Under the pieces are notes generated by a model that worked only from the letters and a program-made list of their open reading frames with translations, had not been told where the DNA came from and ran no database searches. A stretch of DNA of 64,000 bases from Candidatus Merdivivens pullistercoris. Its GTDB lineage: Bacteria; Bacteroidota; Bacteroidia; Bacteroidales; UBA932. Shown in pieces: positions 1 to 9,269 of the stretch. The DNA is taken from NCBI GenBank assembly GCA_017694935.1, contig JADIME010000044.1, positions 10,961-74,960 of the forward strand, given 5' to 3'. The translations under genes were made by a program, and so were the position numbers. Each line of letters starts with the position of its first letter. Position 1 is the stretch's first letter.

Positions 1-1
1 T

Positions 2-406
2 GCCCGTTGCATAATTCCGTGGAGCAGGGTGTTGTACCTGATTCATATAAGGGGCGGCAGCGCTTCACGTACATTTACCGTGGAGAGGCTCCGCGCCTGC
101 CGGTATAACCTTCAGGCCGCTCTCGGACTTGCCCGCAAGGTCGGGAGAGAGGTCCCCGAATCGTTGCCGATGATAGAGTTTTACCGTTACAGCATATTGC
201 TGCATTATATGAAATTGGCCATAAAGTACCGTATCCCTCATGCCATGAGGGTTTTCCGGGAGATTGTCCCCGAAGGCTATATTCCCTTGAAACGGGACGG
301 TGTCGTGCGTGAGCGTTGGAAGATGCGGGTGATGAACGGCTCTTTGGCTGCATTTTATTTTTTGCTTGAAATACAGAACCTTTTGACAGGAAAACGTATA
401 GGCTGA
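2..406 (+). CDS. 3' fragment of a gene entering from the left edge; possibly a family-2 glycosyltransferase C-terminus (polysaccharide locus)
   Basis: Frame is open from base 2 (no stop before the GTG at 29) to TGA at 404-406. '..YLIHIRGGSASRTF..' resembles the region after the GT2 catalytic domain, and the fragment sits directly upstream of a flippase. Function is weakly supported. Confidence 0.3.
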   Translation, partial: ARCIIPWSRVLYLIHIRGGSASRTFTVERLRACRYNLQAALGLARKVGREVPESLPMIEFYRYSILLHYMKLAIKYRIPHAMRVFREIVPEGYIPLKRDGVVRERWKMRVMNGSLAAFYFLLEIQNLLTGKRIG

Positions 407-466
407 CCCTGCCCCCCCCCGGCGATGTAGGGGCGGGAGGGGAAAATATTCAGAAAGTATGGAAGC

Positions 467-2002
467 ATGACGGAAGCGAAGAACATAGGAGGAGCAAGGG
501 AGCTCAAGGCCGGGGCGGTGTTGAATTATGCCGTCATCCTGCTGAACAACCTGCTGGGATTGCTTTACATGCCCTACATGCTGCGTATGCTCGGACAAAG
601 CGAATACGGGCTTTATTCCCTCGTGGCTTCGGTCATAGCATACCTGACTGTCCTCGATCTGGGTTTCACCAACGCCGTAATCAGATATACCGCGCGGTTC
701 AGGGCTGAGGGAAAGGTGCGGGAGCAGTACGAAATGTTCGGGATGTTCATCCTGATATATTCGGCGATAAGCCTTGTCGCCCTTGTCGCGGGAGGCTTGC
801 TATATGCCAATGTGGAACAGGTTTTCGGGGCGAAGATGACGGCGGAAGAGCTGCTGAAGATGAAGCCCATGCTGCTTCTGCTGCTGTTCAACCTCGTGGT
901 CACTTTCCCGCTGAGCGTTTTCAGTTCTATCGTAATAGCATACGAAAAGTTCATATTCCAGAAACTTCTTGTTCTCGGCAGGATACTTCTCAGCACGGCA
1001 GTGATGATTGTCCTGCTGAAGTTCGGCTACAAGGCCATGGCGTTAGTAGTGGTGCAGACGGTTTTCAATATAGTGCAGCTTGCGGCCAATTGGGCGTTTT
1101 GCCGGAGGAAGCTCAAAATCAAGGTGATTTTCGGAAAATTCAGATTCGGGTTTTTCAAGGAAGTCGCGCTGTATTCGTTTTGGATTTTGCTGAACACGTT
1201 GATGGACAGGATTTACTGGAGCACGGGACAATTCGTGCTCGGAGCAGTCTCGGGTACTGTGGCGATAGCTGTTTTTTCCGTTGCCGTAAGGTTGGAACAG
1301 ATGTACATGTCATTTTCCACCGCCATTTCATCGGTTTTCCTGCCCAAGGTGACTTCGATGGTGGCCAATGGCGAAGGTGACAGGGCGATTTCCGACCTGT
1401 TCATCCGCACGGGCAGGATACAGTACTGCGTGCTTGCCCTTGTGCTGACAGGCTTTATCGTTTTCGGGAAGCAGTTCATAGCCCTGTGGGCCGGTCCGGG
1501 GTATGAGTCGGCATACGCCGTTTCTCTGATATTTTTCGTGCCGATGACCGTTCCCCTCATTCAGAATCTCGGGATAACCATCCTTCAGGCCAAAGGGATG
1601 ATGCGTTTCCGTTCACTTATGTATGTGGGCGTGGCGGCGTTTTCCCTTGTCCTGCAGATCGTGCTTTCAAAACGTTACGGTGTCGAGGGCTGCGCATGGG
1701 CGATAGCTGCCGGGTTGGTGCTCGGGCAGATCATAATCATGAATATATATTACTATAAGGTGCAGCGGATAGACATCCCCCGGTTCTGGAAAGAGATCCT
1801 CCGCATGAGCCTGGCGCCTGCCTGCCTATGTGTCATAGCTTGTCTGGTATTCAAGGATATGCAGCTCGTTTCGGTGTGGAGGCTGCTGGCTGCAATCCTC
1901 GTCTATTGCGCGGTATACCTGCCTCTTTTCTGGTTCACGGCCATGAATCGGTACGAGAAAGGGCTGGTCCGGGAGTTTTTTTGTAAAATCTTTAGAAGAT
2001 AA
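467..2002 (+). CDS. Oligosaccharide/polysaccharide flippase (Wzx-like, MOP superfamily)
   Basis: 511 aa and very hydrophobic, with about 12-14 predicted TM segments. The N-terminal 'LNYAVILLNNLLGLLYMPYMLRMLGQSEYGLYSL' is typical of Polysacc_synt flippases. Context is a polysaccharide locus. Confidence 0.8.
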   Translation: MTEAKNIGGARELKAGAVLNYAVILLNNLLGLLYMPYMLRMLGQSEYGLYSLVASVIAYLTVLDLGFTNAVIRYTARFRAEGKVREQYEMFGMFILIYSAISLVALVAGGLLYANVEQVFGAKMTAEELLKMKPMLLLLLFNLVVTFPLSVFSSIVIAYEKFIFQKLLVLGRILLSTAVMIVLLKFGYKAMALVVVQTVFNIVQLAANWAFCRRKLKIKVIFGKFRFGFFKEVALYSFWILLNTLMDRIYWSTGQFVLGAVSGTVAIAVFSVAVRLEQMYMSFSTAISSVFLPKVTSMVANGEGDRAISDLFIRTGRIQYCVLALVLTGFIVFGKQFIALWAGPGYESAYAVSLIFFVPMTVPLIQNLGITILQAKGMMRFRSLMYVGVAAFSLVLQIVLSKRYGVEGCAWAIAAGLVLGQIIIMNIYYYKVQRIDIPRFWKEILRMSLAPACLCVIACLVFKDMQLVSVWRLLAAILVYCAVYLPLFWFTAMNRYEKGLVREFFCKIFRR

Positions 2003-2011
2003 TGACTGCGG

Positions 2012-3331
2012 ATGAAAAGGATTAAGATCTTTATAAGTAGCGTGCAAGAAGTGGAATTGTGTGATATTTATCTCGGGTTGTATGGCAATTCTTATGGATT
2101 TGAAGATGAGTATGGCGTTTCTCCTACGGAAAGAGAGTATGATTGCGCGGCTGCTTTGCATAAAACGAGATTGATTTATATAAGAAGCATAAATGAAGAG
2201 TCGAGACATCCTAAAGAATCGGCATTGATTCAGAAAGTGGAACGGGATATAGTCCGTAAGACTTTTGTTGATATTGAGGGATTGCGTACATCCGTCTATG
2301 CTTCTCTGATTCGTTATTTGGAAGAGAAGGAGTATATTCGTTGGCGTCCTTTTGACGCTTCTTATGATAATGGGGCTGCATTGGCTGATTTGGATGAGGG
2401 GAAAATGAGGAATTTTATATACATGGCGCGCCAGAAGCGTAATTTCCCGCTTTCAGTTGAAATCTTGCCCGAAACATTATTGGCACATTTGGATTTGATA
2501 GACGATAAAGGGCGATTGGCAAATGCGGCGTTGCTTTTATTCGGGAAAAAACCGCAAAAATATTTTATTGCTTCTGAAGTGAAATGCGTGCAGTTTTATG
2601 GAAATGTAGTTGAAAAGCCTATGCCTGCGTATCAGATATACAGAGGGGATGTATTCGAATTGATAGATCAGGCTACAAGCTTTGTGATGAGCCGTATAGA
2701 CAATTGGGTGGGAACACGTGATTACGGCACCGGCGCTGATGTGCCGACGCGTCCGGAATTGCCTGTGGAGGCTGTGAGAGAGGCGATAGTAAATGCTGTG
2801 TGTCATAGAGATTATACGAGTAATGCCAGTGTGCAGGTCATGCTTTTCAGGAATAGATTGGAGGTGTGGAACCCTGGAACATTGCCTTTCGGTCTTACCG
2901 TGCAAAAACTCCAAGGCCCTCATAAGTCGTTGCCGCCAAATCCTTTACTGGCCGACCCTATGTATTGGAACGGTTATATAGAAAAAATTGGAAGTGGTAC
3001 GGAGGATATTATCCGGAAATGCATTGAATATGGTTTGAAAAAGCCTGAATTTTATCAGGAAGAAGACTTCAAGGTAGTTATATGGAGATCCCGTTCAAGT
3101 GACGATCCAAAGGCGATCCAAAGTGATCCAGACTTGATCCAAGGCGATCCGAAGAATGAAACGAAATTAATGTCATTAATAGAAAACAATCCTTCTGTAT
3201 CAAGGGCTGAACTTTCCAGATTGTTGGGCATAAGCGAACGGCAAGTCCGGAAAATAATAGATATGTTGCGGAACAACGGCAAGATTGTAAGGGAAGGGGG
3301 AAAGACAGGGAGATGGATAATAATTAAATAA
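2012..3331 (+). CDS. ATP-binding protein with AlbA_2 (Schlafen-like) + HATPase_c_4 (RecG-C-like) domains, a C-terminal winged-HTH and a short DUF4062-like N-terminus
   Basis: Motifs 'AALLLFGKKPQKYF', 'EAIVNAVCHRDY', 'VQVMLFRNRLEVWNPG', 'YIEKIGSGTEDI' are typical of this family. The C-terminus 'SRAELSRLLGISERQVRKIIDMLRNNGKI' is a wHTH. The gene is visibly more AT-rich than its neighbours. Confidence 0.75.
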   Translation: MKRIKIFISSVQEVELCDIYLGLYGNSYGFEDEYGVSPTEREYDCAAALHKTRLIYIRSINEESRHPKESALIQKVERDIVRKTFVDIEGLRTSVYASLIRYLEEKEYIRWRPFDASYDNGAALADLDEGKMRNFIYMARQKRNFPLSVEILPETLLAHLDLIDDKGRLANAALLLFGKKPQKYFIASEVKCVQFYGNVVEKPMPAYQIYRGDVFELIDQATSFVMSRIDNWVGTRDYGTGADVPTRPELPVEAVREAIVNAVCHRDYTSNASVQVMLFRNRLEVWNPGTLPFGLTVQKLQGPHKSLPPNPLLADPMYWNGYIEKIGSGTEDIIRKCIEYGLKKPEFYQEEDFKVVIWRSRSSDDPKAIQSDPDLIQGDPKNETKLMSLIENNPSVSRAELSRLLGISERQVRKIIDMLRNNGKIVREGGKTGRWIIIK

Positions 3332-3338
3332 AATCATA

Positions 3339-4508
3339 ATGGCTACAGTGAATAACCCTTTTGTAGACGGCTGCTGCGGCTGCGGGGCGTGTCTGAATAT
3401 CTGTCCGAAAGATGCGATTTCGTTGCGGGAGGATGCGGAAGGCTTTGCCTGTCCTTCGGTGGACACGGAAAAATGCATCGATTGCTCGTTGTGCGTGAAA
3501 ACCTGTCCCGTGCTTTCCCCTTCCGATGAAAGGCTCCCGTTGAAGGTATATGCGGCCAAGAATACCGACCTGCAGGAACGTAAGGAGAGTTCTTCCGGAG
3601 GGATTTTCCTTCCTTTGGCACGCGAAATCATAAGGAGGGGCGGCAAGGTGTTCGGAGTGGAGTTCTCGGAGGATTTCCGGAGTGCCCGCCATGCCTGTGC
3701 TGCAGATGATGAAGGAGTCAGACGTTTCAGCGGCAGCAAATATATGCAGAGCGATACCGGCAGGACTTATTCCATGGCCAAATCTTTCCTTGAAGCCGGC
3801 CAGCCTGTGCTTTATTCCGGAACTCCCTGCCAGATAGCCGGTCTGAAAAGATTTCTGCGCAAGGATTACGAGGAACTCTATACCGTGGACCTTGTCTGCC
3901 ACGGCGTGCCGAGTCCTAAGATATGGCGCCGGTATCTGGACGAGACAGCCCCGGAGGGCATGGCTTCCGTGAACTTCAGGGACAAGGTGACGGGCTGGAA
4001 ACGTTTCAGCCTTGTCATGAAGGACACTTCGGGAAAAACCCTGTTTTCAGAGCGCGAGGATGCCAATGTCTTTATGGACGGTTTTCTGAAAAACCTGTAT
4101 CTCCGTCCTTCATGTTACCGTTGCCCCGCACGGAAAGGGCGAAGCGGAAGCGACATAACCATAGCCGATTACTGGCATTTGAAAAAGGTTCTTCCCGATT
4201 TTGACGACAATGTGGGCGTAGGGCTCGTGCTGGTGAATACAGACAAGGGCGCAAGGCTTTTCGGCTCGGTGGATTTCGAGAAAATGGAAACAGGATACGC
4301 TCCGGCATCGGCCGGCAATCCTGCGATGGAACATGATTTCAAGCCGTTGAAGGGGCGTGAGGAGTTTTTCAGGAAGGAAGCGCGTGCGAAAAAGATCGTT
4401 CCCCTTATCCGTAAATACGTCCGCGACCCGCTGAGTGTGCGGCTACGTAAAAGATTGAAAAAACTGAAGAAAACCCTTTCCGGGAAAAACAGGGGGACGG
4501 CGCGATGA
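3339..4508 (+). CDS. Coenzyme F420 hydrogenase/dehydrogenase beta-subunit-like Fe-S protein (polysaccharide-modification accessory)
   Basis: N-terminal 2x[4Fe-4S] motifs 'CCGCGACLNICP' and 'CIDCSLCVKTCP', followed by an FrhB/FdhB-like body. Overlaps the downstream pyruvyl transferase by 4 nt, which is the usual pairing. Confidence 0.75.
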   Translation: MATVNNPFVDGCCGCGACLNICPKDAISLREDAEGFACPSVDTEKCIDCSLCVKTCPVLSPSDERLPLKVYAAKNTDLQERKESSSGGIFLPLAREIIRRGGKVFGVEFSEDFRSARHACAADDEGVRRFSGSKYMQSDTGRTYSMAKSFLEAGQPVLYSGTPCQIAGLKRFLRKDYEELYTVDLVCHGVPSPKIWRRYLDETAPEGMASVNFRDKVTGWKRFSLVMKDTSGKTLFSEREDANVFMDGFLKNLYLRPSCYRCPARKGRSGSDITIADYWHLKKVLPDFDDNVGVGLVLVNTDKGARLFGSVDFEKMETGYAPASAGNPAMEHDFKPLKGREEFFRKEARAKKIVPLIRKYVRDPLSVRLRKRLKKLKKTLSGKNRGTAR

Positions 4509-5593
4509 AGATCGGGATAGTCACTTTCCATTGGGCTGTGAATTACGGGGCGGTGCTTCAGGCGTATGCCCTGCAGGACTATCTGCGCGGGCTCGGGCAC
4601 GATGCCTGCCTGATTGATTACAAGCCGTACAATAGAGACCACAATCTGAAAAATTTTGTCCTTAACCGTAAATTGCCCCACCCTTTCCAGTATGTCAGGG
4701 AGGCATTGAAAGACAGGTTGTTCGAGGATTTCCGCCGGGATTATCTTGTCCGCACAAAACGTTACGGCTCTTTGGAAGAGTTGCGGCAGGACCCTCCACT
4801 GTGCGACATTTACATTTCCGGCAGCGATCAGGTCCTGCATCCGCGTACCCTTATGCGCGGGGAACGCCGTCCCGCCCCGGTCTATATGCTCGATTTCGGC
4901 CCGGAAAATATCCTGAGGGCGGGGTATGCCGTAAGTTTCGGCTGTACGGCCTATCCGCCGGAAGCGGCGGAAGTGGCGCGGAAATACATAAACCGTTTCG
5001 ATTTGCTCTCCGTCCGTGAAAAGACGGGAGCTGGTGTGGCGGAATCCCTCGGCTACAATGGCCGCCTGTGGGTGGTGCCGGATCCCACGATACTTGCCGG
5101 GGCTTCTGTTTATGACAGGATTTTGTCCGGAGTTTCCGGCCTTTCGGGAAAATCAGGCGGCAGCGATGTTTCCGAAGGCGGAACGGCAACATATCTCCTT
5201 CACGGGAAGGATTCGCTCAATGCCGTAATAGAGAAAGATTTCGGCAAGACGGTCCCGTTGAACGGATGTTCCATCGCGCAATGGATTGCTGGCATCAGGA
5301 ACGCATCGCGCCTTGTGACCAACTCATTTCACGGAACAGTGTTCGCCCTGCTTTTCCATATTCCTTTTGTGGCTTTGCTGGAAACAGGCGCGGCGGCCGG
5401 AATGAACGACCGCTTTACGACATTGCTTTCCCGTCTCGGACTTGAGGGGCGTATATTGCCGGACTATGGCGGCCGCCGCGCCGTGAAAATCATCGGCAGT
5501 GAAATAGATTGGGCAAATACTGATTCGCTCATGGAGGATTATGCGCGGGAGGGGCGGGATTTCATCTCGATGCTCCTGTCTGCGAGGCAGTGA
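4505..5593 (+). CDS. Polysaccharide pyruvyl transferase family protein
   Basis: 'MKIGIVTFHWAVNYGAVLQAYALQDYL' is the characteristic PS_pyruv_trans N-terminus, and 'VTNSFHGTVFAL' lies near the C-terminus. ATGA overlap with the upstream gene. Confidence 0.8.
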   Translation: MKIGIVTFHWAVNYGAVLQAYALQDYLRGLGHDACLIDYKPYNRDHNLKNFVLNRKLPHPFQYVREALKDRLFEDFRRDYLVRTKRYGSLEELRQDPPLCDIYISGSDQVLHPRTLMRGERRPAPVYMLDFGPENILRAGYAVSFGCTAYPPEAAEVARKYINRFDLLSVREKTGAGVAESLGYNGRLWVVPDPTILAGASVYDRILSGVSGLSGKSGGSDVSEGGTATYLLHGKDSLNAVIEKDFGKTVPLNGCSIAQWIAGIRNASRLVTNSFHGTVFALLFHIPFVALLETGAAAGMNDRFTTLLSRLGLEGRILPDYGGRRAVKIIGSEIDWANTDSLMEDYAREGRDFISMLLSARQ

Positions 5594-5630
5594 CGGAAGA
5601 AACCGAGGGGCAATGACGGAAGAAACCGAG
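5591..5630. repeat. Tandem 23-bp duplication (17-nt core TGACGGAAGAAACCGAG x2) at the stop codon of the pyruvyl transferase gene
   Basis: Identical 17-mers at 5591-5607 and 5614-5630. The first includes the TGA stop. Confidence 0.8.
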
Positions 5631-5686
5631 TGTGCGCCGGCCTTGCTGTGTGTCCTGTCAGCGGAATAAAGTGTTAGTGCGGGATG

Positions 5687-6250
5687 TTATTCACACCCTG
5701 TGGTGTAGCCTTTGGGATGCAATCCGGTAAGGTGCATTTCTTCGTAAATGGACTGGATTTTTGCAAGGTCCGCAGCGGCATTGTCGGTGACTTCAAAGCG
5801 CGGCCCGTGTCCTACCCGTTTCGTTCCCCAGTCGAAATATCCCAAGTAAACAGGCACTCCGGCGGCACGTGCGATAGTGTGGAAACCGCTTTTCCATTTT
5901 TTCACGGCCTTGCGTGTCCCTTCGGGTGCTATGGCTAAGTGCAATCTGTCTTTTCTCTCGAATTCGTGTATTATGGAGCGTACGAGAAGTGCGGCCCCTT
6001 TGCCCCTGTCTACGGGTATCGCCCCCAATTTTCTCAGGATACTCCCCAACGGCCAGAAAAAAAATTCCTTTTTTATCATTATGTGCGGGTCTCCGCCGAT
6101 AGATTTGTAATAAAAATAGGAAACCAGAAAATCCCATATCGAAGTGTGCGGCACGCCTAACAATACGGCCTTTGGTTCAGGGACCGGTTCCTTGTCCACG
6201 GGTGTCCATCCCATCAGCCTGAGCATAAGTTTGCAAAATTTTCTCCACAT
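5687..6250 (-). CDS. 1-acyl-sn-glycerol-3-phosphate acyltransferase family protein (PlsC-like)
   Basis: 187 aa. 'GVPHTSIWDF' matches the H(X4)D acyltransferase block and 'IAPEGTR' is the conserved second block. Confidence 0.75.
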   Translation of the reverse strand: MWRKFCKLMLRLMGWTPVDKEPVPEPKAVLLGVPHTSIWDFLVSYFYYKSIGGDPHIMIKKEFFFWPLGSILRKLGAIPVDRGKGAALLVRSIIHEFERKDRLHLAIAPEGTRKAVKKWKSGFHTIARAAGVPVYLGYFDWGTKRVGHGPRFEVTDNAAADLAKIQSIYEEMHLTGLHPKGYTTGCE

Positions 6251-6287
6251 GGTTCTGACTGTTTATATTGCACTTCCCGGTACGGTT

Positions 6288-8132
6288 TTACATCACATCT
6301 TCCAGTTCGACTTCCGACCGGAGGTTGTTTTTTATGAACTGCTGGCGTTCCATGGTATTGTCTCCCATGTAAAACTCCATTATTTCCTGTATAGAGTCTT
6401 CATCGGCGATGCTTACTTTGTCAAGGCGTATGTCCTTGCCGATGAAGTGCTTGAATTCATGGTCGGATATTTCCCCGAGCCCTTTGAAACGGGTGATTTC
6501 CACTCCGTTTTTAAGACGTTTGGCCTCTGCCTCCTTTTCTTCTATCGAGTAGCAGTAGCTGGTTTCCTTTTTGTTTCTGACCCTGAAAAGGGGGGTCTGT
6601 AATATGTACACGTGGCCGCGCCTTATCACGTCCGGGAAAAATTTCAGGAAAAACGTTATGACCAGCAGCCTTATGTGCATTCCGTCATCATCGGCATCGG
6701 TGGCTATGACGACGTTGTTGTATCTTAGATTGTCCGAATCCTCCTCTATTCCGAGTGCCGACACAAGAAGATTGAACTCTTCATTTTCATAAATGACTTT
6801 TTTGCTCGCCTTGTAGCAGTTCAATGGCTTCCCTCTCAGGCTGAATACGGCCTGCGTGTTGGCATCGCGTATGCTCGTGATTGTGCCGCTGGCCGAGTCT
6901 CCCTCGGTTATGAATATGGAACTTTCCTCGCCGAGGGCGTTCTTGTCTCCGAGATGGTATCTGCAATCATATAGTTTTTTATTGTGGACGGCAGCCTTTT
7001 TAGCCCTTTCCTTGGCTTTTTTCTGTACGCCGCTCATCTCTTTCCGCTCTTTTTCGGAACTGAGTATCTTCTTTAGAAGAATGTCGGCGGTTTCCTTGTT
7101 GATATGCAGGTAATTGTCGAGGTTTGTCTTGATGAAGTTGTTTATGTAGTTCCTGATTGTAGGGCCGTCTTTCCGCATCTCGGTGGAACCCAGCTTGATT
7201 TTTGTCTGCGATTCGAAATTAGGCTCCTGTATCCTGATGCTTATTGCTCCGACTATGCCCTGCCTTATGTCTGACGGGTCAAAGTCCTTTTTGTAGAACT
7301 CCTTGACCGTCTTTGTGATTGCCTCTCTGAAAGCGGCAAGGTGCGTGCCTCCGTCACGGGTGTTCTGCCCGTTCACGAATGAGGCTATGTTCTCGCCGTA
7401 ACTGTTCCCGTGTGTCATGACGATTTCTATGTCATCGCCGCCAAGGTGTATCGGCGGATAGAGCGGTTCTTCGGAAATGGTATCGTTGACAAGGTCGAGA
7501 AGCCCGTTTTTGGATATGTGGTCCAGCCCGTTGAATTTGAGATTCAACCCCTTGTTGAGGTAGGAATAGTTTTTCATCATGGTTTCTATGAAATCCATGT
7601 TGAATCCGTAATTCCCGAAGATTTCCTTGTCCGGGGTGAATCTTACATATGTGCCGTCTTTCTCGTTCAGTCCCTCCTTAGAGCCGCTGTCGAGCAGCAC
7701 GCCTTTTGAAAATGCCGCGTATCTTGATTGCCCGTCGCGGAATGTCTCTATGTAAAATTCAGAAGACAATGCATTTACGGCTTTCAGTCCCACTCCGTTG
7801 AGTCCTACCGACTTGGTGTATACGGCATCATCGAATTTTGCTCCCGTGTTGAGCCTTGATACAACGGTGACAAGCGAATTGAAAGGGATTCCGTGTCCGA
7901 AGTCCCTTACGGAAGCGGTTTTTTCGTCCACATCTATGATGATGGCCTTTCCGTGTCCGGTGATGAACTCGTCTACGGAATTGTCCACGGTTTCTTTCAG
8001 CAAAACATATATTCCGTCCCCGGGATCATTGCCGTCTCCCAATCTCCCTATGTACATCCCTGCGCGCCTGCGGATGTGTTCGTTCCATTCAAGGGTGATG
8101 ATCTTGTCGTCAGTGTACTCGTTTGTGCTCAT
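6288..8132 (-). CDS. parE: DNA topoisomerase IV subunit B
   Basis: 614 aa. GHKL ATPase N-terminus 'LEWNEHIRRRAGMYIG', Toprim 'ITEGDSASG', 'SLRGKPLN', 'IATDADDDGMHI'. Length and N-terminus fit Bacteroidota ParE rather than GyrB. Confidence 0.85.
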   Translation of the reverse strand: MSTNEYTDDKIITLEWNEHIRRRAGMYIGRLGDGNDPGDGIYVLLKETVDNSVDEFITGHGKAIIIDVDEKTASVRDFGHGIPFNSLVTVVSRLNTGAKFDDAVYTKSVGLNGVGLKAVNALSSEFYIETFRDGQSRYAAFSKGVLLDSGSKEGLNEKDGTYVRFTPDKEIFGNYGFNMDFIETMMKNYSYLNKGLNLKFNGLDHISKNGLLDLVNDTISEEPLYPPIHLGGDDIEIVMTHGNSYGENIASFVNGQNTRDGGTHLAAFREAITKTVKEFYKKDFDPSDIRQGIVGAISIRIQEPNFESQTKIKLGSTEMRKDGPTIRNYINNFIKTNLDNYLHINKETADILLKKILSSEKERKEMSGVQKKAKERAKKAAVHNKKLYDCRYHLGDKNALGEESSIFITEGDSASGTITSIRDANTQAVFSLRGKPLNCYKASKKVIYENEEFNLLVSALGIEEDSDNLRYNNVVIATDADDDGMHIRLLVITFFLKFFPDVIRRGHVYILQTPLFRVRNKKETSYCYSIEEKEAEAKRLKNGVEITRFKGLGEISDHEFKHFIGKDIRLDKVSIADEDSIQEIMEFYMGDNTMERQQFIKNNLRSEVELEDVM

Positions 8133-8185
8133 CTGTTAATGACAATTTGTCCGCAAAGATACGGAATTTTTCGTAGTTTTGCAGA

Positions 8186-9208
8186 ATGAAGACAATGACA
8201 ATATCCACAGACAGCCGGCCCGTGCGCATTCCGTTGGTTGCGCTCGCGGTTTTGGGCTATGCGGTATTTTTGCGCCTGTGTTATTGTCTTTTAGTGCATG
8301 GCACAGTCCTTCTGTACGGCGGATGGAAAGAAGAAATCATCTACCATGTCGCCAACATACTGCCCATGGCGGCCATGGCCGGGGGATGCGCGTGCATAGT
8401 GTTCCTTGTGACCGACAGGGGCGTGTTGAGGGAAAGGTTTTTCCTGAAATCCTGTGTGGATGCCGTCCTGACCTTCATACTGACGTGGGCGGGCTATTTT
8501 GCCCTTCTGGCCATATACAGGCTGTTCCATCAAAGCTGGAACGTGGACTACGGCGGCATTATCGTGATATTTCTGGTTACCTGGCTTCTGACCGAGTGTT
8601 TTTACTACATGATACGCTCGCGGCGCGAATTGAAAAAAGCGGAATACCAGAAATTGAGGGCGGTACAGTATCAGTTCGACGCGTTCCGTGCCCAGGTCAA
8701 TCCGCATTTTCTCTTCAACTCCCTCAACATGCTGATGGACATCATCGAGACCGACACCAAAAAGGCCGGGCGTTTTACCGAGGCGCTTTCCGACATTTAC
8801 AGGTATGTATTGCAGACACATTCGAAATCGAGCGTGTGCCTTTCCGACGAGATGGCTTTCCTTGAATCGTACCTTCACATACTTGGATTGAAATACAACA
8901 ATTTCCTCAGTGTCCGCATGGAGGTTTCGGCGGATTGCGGCAAGAAACGGATCGTGCCGTTTACCATGCAGCTCCTGATTGAAAATGTAACGAAGCACAA
9001 TGTGATATCGGAAAAATGCCCGATGGAAGTGAAAATCGATATAAACGAAGAAAATATAATAATCGCAAACAGGATAGCAAGGAAGAAAAACGGCGTTTCG
9101 TCCGGTTTGGGGCTGAAATACCTGCAATCCCAGTACGAGGCGGCGGGGAAGGTTTTCTCGGTTACGGATGACGGGGAATATTTTACGGCATCCGTCCCGT
9201 ACGTGTGA
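8186..9208 (+). CDS. Sensor histidine kinase, LytS/YehU type (multi-TM N-terminus + His_kinase/HATPase)
   Basis: About 4 TM helices followed by 'QVNPHFLFNSLN' (LytS-type H-box), 'QLLIENVTKHN' and 'GLGLKY'. An alternative ATG lies at 8195. Confidence 0.85.
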   Translation: MKTMTISTDSRPVRIPLVALAVLGYAVFLRLCYCLLVHGTVLLYGGWKEEIIYHVANILPMAAMAGGCACIVFLVTDRGVLRERFFLKSCVDAVLTFILTWAGYFALLAIYRLFHQSWNVDYGGIIVIFLVTWLLTECFYYMIRSRRELKKAEYQKLRAVQYQFDAFRAQVNPHFLFNSLNMLMDIIETDTKKAGRFTEALSDIYRYVLQTHSKSSVCLSDEMAFLESYLHILGLKYNNFLSVRMEVSADCGKKRIVPFTMQLLIENVTKHNVISEKCPMEVKIDINEENIIIANRIARKKNGVSSGLGLKYLQSQYEAAGKVFSVTDDGEYFTASVPYV

Positions 9209-9269
9209 CTTCCCGCCAAGGTCTTCCGGCTTTGGAACTGCAAAACGATTGTGTCAGGCGAAATATGAG

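Noticed and set aside
8179-8865. 228-aa alternative-frame ORF overlapping the first histidine kinase, plus the 278-aa antisense ORF at 8291-9127.
   Set aside because: The kinase frame carries all diagnostic motifs and has a full-length paralog at 10198-11238. The overlapping frames have none.
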